Assembly (NCBI RefSeq): GCF_000039765.1 | Contig: NC_004459.3 | Location: forward strand, 1,800,001 to 1,832,000 | From: Vibrio vulnificus CMCP6 | GTDB lineage: Bacteria; Pseudomonadota; Gammaproteobacteria; Enterobacterales; Vibrionaceae | Direction of reading: 5' to 3' | DNA: 32,000 nt | Shown here: positions 28,086-32,000 of the stretch, piece after piece | Position numbering within the stretch: position 1 is the first letter of the stretch | Layout: each line of letters opens with the position of its first letter | Notes under the pieces: model-generated | Told to the model about the DNA's origin: nothing | Seen by the model: only the letters and a program-made list of their open reading frames with translations | Database searches by the model: none | Position numbers and translations under genes: made by a program

Positions 28086-28829
28086 ATGAAAAAGCTGGCC
28101 ATCTTTCTTCCACTGGTTGTGACCACTTCGGTTCATGCAGCGCAGTGTCGTGTCGATATCAAAAATGAAGTTCGCCTAGATGGTGAAGTCTTGGAAATTC
28201 ATCAAACCAACGGCGACAAAGCTGTGGTGGATGCAAGCAACAATCTTTACATCCATGGTGAGAAAATCGAGCTCAACGGTGATCAACAAGCGGCCATTGA
28301 AGAGTATCGCGAAAACCTTAATGCTTATCTGCCTAGAGCGAAACAAGTGGCGGAAGAGAGCTTAGCGCTGGCGAACGACATCATTGATGATATTGCCGTT
28401 AGCCTTGATGCACCCGACGCATTTGATAACGTGAAAACGGCGGTAAAAGACTTTTTTACCGATGTTGAATCTCGGTATTACAAAGATGGTGATTTGATTT
28501 TACCTGCAGATAGCTTTGCTTCTATGACGGAGTCTTGGCAGGATGACTTCCAACGAGCGCAAGAGATCTTCAACAAAGAGTTTATCAGCAGTGCGTTTGA
28601 CGCGATGTCGAGCAAAATGAAGCAAGAAGGCGGTTTGAATCTGTCTGCTATGTCGGAAAGCATGACCGAGTTGAAGCAGAAAGTGCAAGAGCGTTTGCAG
28701 CAGCACAGCAAAGAAATTGAACAACAAACTCAGGATTTTTGTGACTCGTTAGACGATATGGCCGTACAAGAGCAAGATTTGCTGAAGAAGATTCCAGAGT
28801 TGAAGAACTATCAGGTATTTACCATCTAA
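28086..28829 (+). CDS. YggN-like periplasmic protein (DUF2884)
   Basis: Signal peptide MKKLAIFLPLVVTTSVHAAQCRVDIKNEVRLDGEVLEI, coiled-coil-like C-terminus; resembles the YggN/DUF2884 family. Confidence 0.75.
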   Translation: MKKLAIFLPLVVTTSVHAAQCRVDIKNEVRLDGEVLEIHQTNGDKAVVDASNNLYIHGEKIELNGDQQAAIEEYRENLNAYLPRAKQVAEESLALANDIIDDIAVSLDAPDAFDNVKTAVKDFFTDVESRYYKDGDLILPADSFASMTESWQDDFQRAQEIFNKEFISSAFDAMSSKMKQEGGLNLSAMSESMTELKQKVQERLQQHSKEIEQQTQDFCDSLDDMAVQEQDLLKKIPELKNYQVFTI

Positions 28830-28840
28830 TTTTGCAACAA

Positions 28841-28866
28841 AGAGAGCACCCTTCGAGGTGCTCTCT
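28841..28866. terminator. Intrinsic terminator between yggN-like gene and the chitinase gene
   Basis: AGAGAGCACC-CTTCGA-GGTGCTCTCT, then GGTTTTAC; 10-bp perfect arms at a convergent junction. Confidence 0.8.
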
Positions 28867-28886
28867 GGTTTTACAGACGCTTGTGT

Positions 28887-31427
28887 TTAGCGGGCATTCA
28901 TTTGCGTTAATTTATCTCCCACAGGTTTGGAGAAATTGAAACCATCATGCTTATCCCAATTGATTGACCAAGTCATCACGCCACCAAAATTCGGGTAGTT
29001 GAACGCCGGTTTCACCGTGGAACATTTTGTGCCTAATGTTAAACAATCTAGTGCATCTAGGATATTTTGAGTCGGCGCTTGGCCAGAGTTAGCTGAGCTT
29101 GGCCCTGAAGGAAGGCCAATGGCCACCTGGTCGTCGCGAAGCGGCTCAAAACGAGTACCATCGGCGAGTTCAAACCCTTCAATCAACATCTTAGATTGCG
29201 CAACCATCATATCGACAGAGCCTTCAGGAGCGGCGCCCGGTAGGTAAGGGTTGGGTAATCCACCATTGTTGTAGAGCTGAACATGAAGTAAGTCGAGTGT
29301 GCTGCGAGTAGCATTAATGACCGGAATGTAGGCTCCCCAAATTCCGCTGTAGGCCACCATACCGCCTTGAACGTAAGGATGTTCTGGTGCCATGGTGAGG
29401 TACATGTCACCACCGATATTTTGTTCAATTTGCAGTAGGGCCCTGCCCAATCGCGCCTGAATTTGCGAACCGTGAACAAGGTTTGAGCCGCTTTCAAGAT
29501 CCACATCGAGTCCATCAAATCCCCATTCATTGATCAGTTCGGTTAAGCTAGAAACAAAATTCGCTTCATCTTGATCGGTATTCAGAGTAATGGTGCCTTC
29601 TGCTCCGCCAAGGGAAAGTACAAACTTTTTACCTTGCGCCTGCAGTGCCGCCATATCTTGTTTGAACTGGAGCGGATCAAGCGGCGCACAACTGCTGTAA
29701 ATATCCCCTGAGTAAAGGTTGAAGTGGACCGTGCCATTGCTGTTGCGATCGTTTTCTGCAAAGGCAATATCAATCACATCCCATGCGTTTGACATGTCAG
29801 CGAGACGTATCGGACAGCCAGCCCCATTCACAAAGTTGTGCCAGTAGCCAATCAGTTTGTGGCGTTTTTCCGACTGCTCAACCACCTTGATTGCCGCCGC
29901 TTCCGAGAGCGCTTGATTACCCGCTAAATCGACCGCTTGAGCACTGACGGTAAAGTTACCGATCGCCGCTGGTGTCCAAGAAACAGAGTACGGAGCGCTA
30001 TTGTCGGTTGCAATCACACTGCCGTTGACGACAAAGTCGACTTGCTTAATCGCGGAAGTGAGGGAGGTCACGTCGGCACTTAGGGTCACGTTTTTACCCA
30101 AACCAACCGTTTGGCCAGCCGTTGGTGAAGTGAGCGTGACGACAAGCGCTTGATCACTGACCGTGACATTGACCACCGACTCACTCACGTTATTGTCGTT
30201 GTCGGTTGCGATCGCTTTTAGCTGATTGGCTCCAACGAAAGTTGCACTCCAAGTCTGTGCGTAGGGAGGCTGAGTCACCACACCTAAGCTCGAGTTATTC
30301 GCGAAAAACTCGACTTGGGTGACGCTGCCGTCTGCGTCACTGGCATCGGCGCTGAGGGTTAGGCTACTGCCTGCGAGCACCACCGCACCGTCATTGGGGG
30401 AGGTAATGGTAATTTGCGGTGGGGTTGAGCACGCGCCCAATCCACTCCAAGCATCTTGCCAGTATTGGCCTACCCCAGGCTCGTAAGCCCAAGCGGCATC
30501 AGAAGAACACCAGCCTGCGACATCGCAACGGTATTTTTGATTGAGATTGGAGACCAACGTACCCGCTTCGTAGCGTGTGCCAGCAAGATAAGGAACTGCA
30601 TCCGCGCAGCCGCCAGAATGGCTGCCACTGACAACCAATGAGACGTTTTGGCTCATGGTGGTTAAATTGGCATCATCGGTCGCTTGTGCTTTGAATGTAT
30701 GGGTGCCCGCAACCGCATTCCAGAGGTACTCGTAAGGCGCATTGGTATCCACAAAGACCGATTGATTATCGATGAAAAACTCCACTTGCGTCACGATGCC
30801 ATCGCTGTCTGCCGCTTGAGCGCTCACGATTAAGCTGTCTTTATCGCTCAGTGTTTCACTTCCGGTTGGGCTGGTCAGAGAAACCGTTGGTGGCGCAAGC
30901 TCTCCTTGGGGTAACACGCTGATATTAACGTTGGTGGACTGGGTTGCCCCTTCATTGTCCGTGGCAATGGCCGTTAATTGAGAGGTACCTTTCACCGCTG
31001 TCCATGGGGTTTCAAATGGTGCTTGTGTGACCACCGCAATCAATTGTGTTCCTGCAAGAAACTCGACTTGGCTAACTTGGCCATCTTCATCGCTGGCATT
31101 CGCCAACAACGTGATGACTGCGCCTTCAGGAATTTCTGCATTATTGGTTGGAGAAGAGAAGGTGATGCTTGGTGGTAGATTACCTCCGCCGTTGTCACAT
31201 TGCCCAAGAGATTTCCATGCCTCCCAAGGGCCAGAGTTCGTGATGGGATCATTGCCTTGAGTCCAGTAGGCGGCTTCGAATGCTTGGTTCTCTTTTTGAA
31301 CTTGACTACCGGATGTGTAGATCTCGCTGCTATTCCATGTCGCTAGGCTTTGGCAGTTATAAGCCTGCGCTTGATAGCTGACGCCAAGCGCACTGATCAG
31401 CGCGCTTGATAACAAAGTGACTCTCAT
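28887..31427 (-). CDS. Secreted multidomain GH18 chitinase (two CBM5/12-like modules, three Ig-like domains, C-terminal catalytic domain)
   Basis: Signal peptide MRVTLLSSALISALGVSYQAQA; chitin-binding modules YNCQSLATWNSS...YWTQGNDPI...W and CADAVPYLAGTRYEAGTLVSNLNQKYRC...YWQDAWSGLGAC; 'P.V.ITSP..G' Ig-like repeats; GH18 motif DGLDVDLE. Start moved from 31457 to 31427. Confidence 0.92.
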   Translation of the reverse strand: MRVTLLSSALISALGVSYQAQAYNCQSLATWNSSEIYTSGSQVQKENQAFEAAYWTQGNDPITNSGPWEAWKSLGQCDNGGGNLPPSITFSSPTNNAEIPEGAVITLLANASDEDGQVSQVEFLAGTQLIAVVTQAPFETPWTAVKGTSQLTAIATDNEGATQSTNVNISVLPQGELAPPTVSLTSPTGSETLSDKDSLIVSAQAADSDGIVTQVEFFIDNQSVFVDTNAPYEYLWNAVAGTHTFKAQATDDANLTTMSQNVSLVVSGSHSGGCADAVPYLAGTRYEAGTLVSNLNQKYRCDVAGWCSSDAAWAYEPGVGQYWQDAWSGLGACSTPPQITITSPNDGAVVLAGSSLTLSADASDADGSVTQVEFFANNSSLGVVTQPPYAQTWSATFVGANQLKAIATDNDNNVSESVVNVTVSDQALVVTLTSPTAGQTVGLGKNVTLSADVTSLTSAIKQVDFVVNGSVIATDNSAPYSVSWTPAAIGNFTVSAQAVDLAGNQALSEAAAIKVVEQSEKRHKLIGYWHNFVNGAGCPIRLADMSNAWDVIDIAFAENDRNSNGTVHFNLYSGDIYSSCAPLDPLQFKQDMAALQAQGKKFVLSLGGAEGTITLNTDQDEANFVSSLTELINEWGFDGLDVDLESGSNLVHGSQIQARLGRALLQIEQNIGGDMYLTMAPEHPYVQGGMVAYSGIWGAYIPVINATRSTLDLLHVQLYNNGGLPNPYLPGAAPEGSVDMMVAQSKMLIEGFELADGTRFEPLRDDQVAIGLPSGPSSANSGQAPTQNILDALDCLTLGTKCSTVKPAFNYPNFGGVMTWSINWDKHDGFNFSKPVGDKLTQMNAR

Positions 31428-31747
31428 TTTTCTCTCCATTAATAAAAAACATCTCAAGAGTAATAAGTAGCCAAGTTGGAGCGTTTTGCAGGCTAAATTG
31501 CTGATTAAATGATATTTACTCCCTCGATATCACGTACAGTTCACTGATGTAACAGCACTCGACATGAATTTTTCGGCGCACTTCAAGGTGTTTTATGAAA
31601 AGGAAAGCTGGTGTGTATGCCAAATTTTACGATGTGATTGTCTGATATTTTCGTTAAGTGTCGAGTTATTGACCAGTTGAAGATTGTTATGCCAAACATG
31701 TTTCTGTATTGTACTAGCTAACTAGTTCACAAGTGCAGTTAGGTCGT

Positions 31748-32000
31748 ATGTCACAGCAAACAACTTCTCAACCGAGGGAACATTTTGGTTCTCGATTAGG
31801 CTTTATTCTAGCGGCAGCGGGTGCGGCTGTTGGCTTAGGGAATATTTGGGGTTTCCCGACACAAGCCGCCTCAAATGGTGGCGGTGCTTTCCTTTTAGTT
31901 TATTTAGTGATGATTTTGATCGTTGCTTTTCCAATGCTTGTGGTGGAGATGGCGATTGGTCGTCATGGGCAAGCAAACCCTGTCGACAGTATGCGCGCAC
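31748..32000 (+). CDS. Sodium-dependent neurotransmitter:sodium symporter (NSS/SNF) family transporter, N-terminal fragment
   Basis: MSQQTTSQPREHFGSRLGFILAAAGAAVGLGNIWGFPTQAASNGGGAFLLVYLVMILIVAFPMLVVEMAIGRHGQANPVDSMRA: LeuT-fold TM1 signature (AAVGLGNIWRFP-like, here GFP). Runs off the window edge. Confidence 0.93.
   Translation, partial: MSQQTTSQPREHFGSRLGFILAAAGAAVGLGNIWGFPTQAASNGGGAFLLVYLVMILIVAFPMLVVEMAIGRHGQANPVDSMRA

Noticed and set aside
29207-31260. Several ORFs antisense or alternate-frame to the chitinase gene
   Set aside because: The conserved multidomain chitinase frame explains the region.
1-32000. CRISPR arrays, phage integrase/transposase genes, toxin-antitoxin pairs, restriction systems, retrons
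   Set aside because: No regularly spaced direct repeats, no reverse transcriptase, integrase, nuclease or methylase-specificity genes, and no tRNA boundary seen by eye. The accessory content is limited to the 1.95-5.26 kb block.

Overview
This window is a Vibrio-type chromosomal segment, inferred from gene content and protein similarity; no database search was run. Most of it is conserved housekeeping sequence. In order it carries: the 3' end of mltA; tcdA (csdL) and csdE; an AT-rich accessory insert (about 1.95-5.26 kb) with a methyl-accepting chemotaxis protein, an 86-aa ORF, an AraC-family regulator and a 71-aa ORF; a convergent panE-yajL-csdA cluster; ompK (Tsx-type outer membrane protein); a LON N-terminal-domain protein; an ECF sigma factor with a ChrR-type zinc anti-sigma; ampG; a periplasmic cyclophilin; a yajG-like lipoprotein; rlmG; bolA; the complete nqrABCDEF operon followed by apbE and nqrM; a REC-REC-GGDEF protein; dinB with a plausible LexA box; a short RecQ-family helicase; a yggN-like (DUF2884) protein; a multidomain secreted GH18 chitinase; and the start of a sodium-dependent (NSS family) transporter. 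I see no CRISPR array, transposase, integrase, tRNA or rRNA. The best candidate for under-described biology is the AT-rich MCP/86-aa/AraC/71-aa unit. Its cassette-like layout, ATGA coupling and strong flanking terminator suggest a self-contained sensory/regulatory module. Secondary points are the long nqr leader with hairpins, a dispersed-type palindrome after csdE, the SOS box on dinB, a Cys-pair extracellular-loop candidate in OmpK, and the chitinase architecture.
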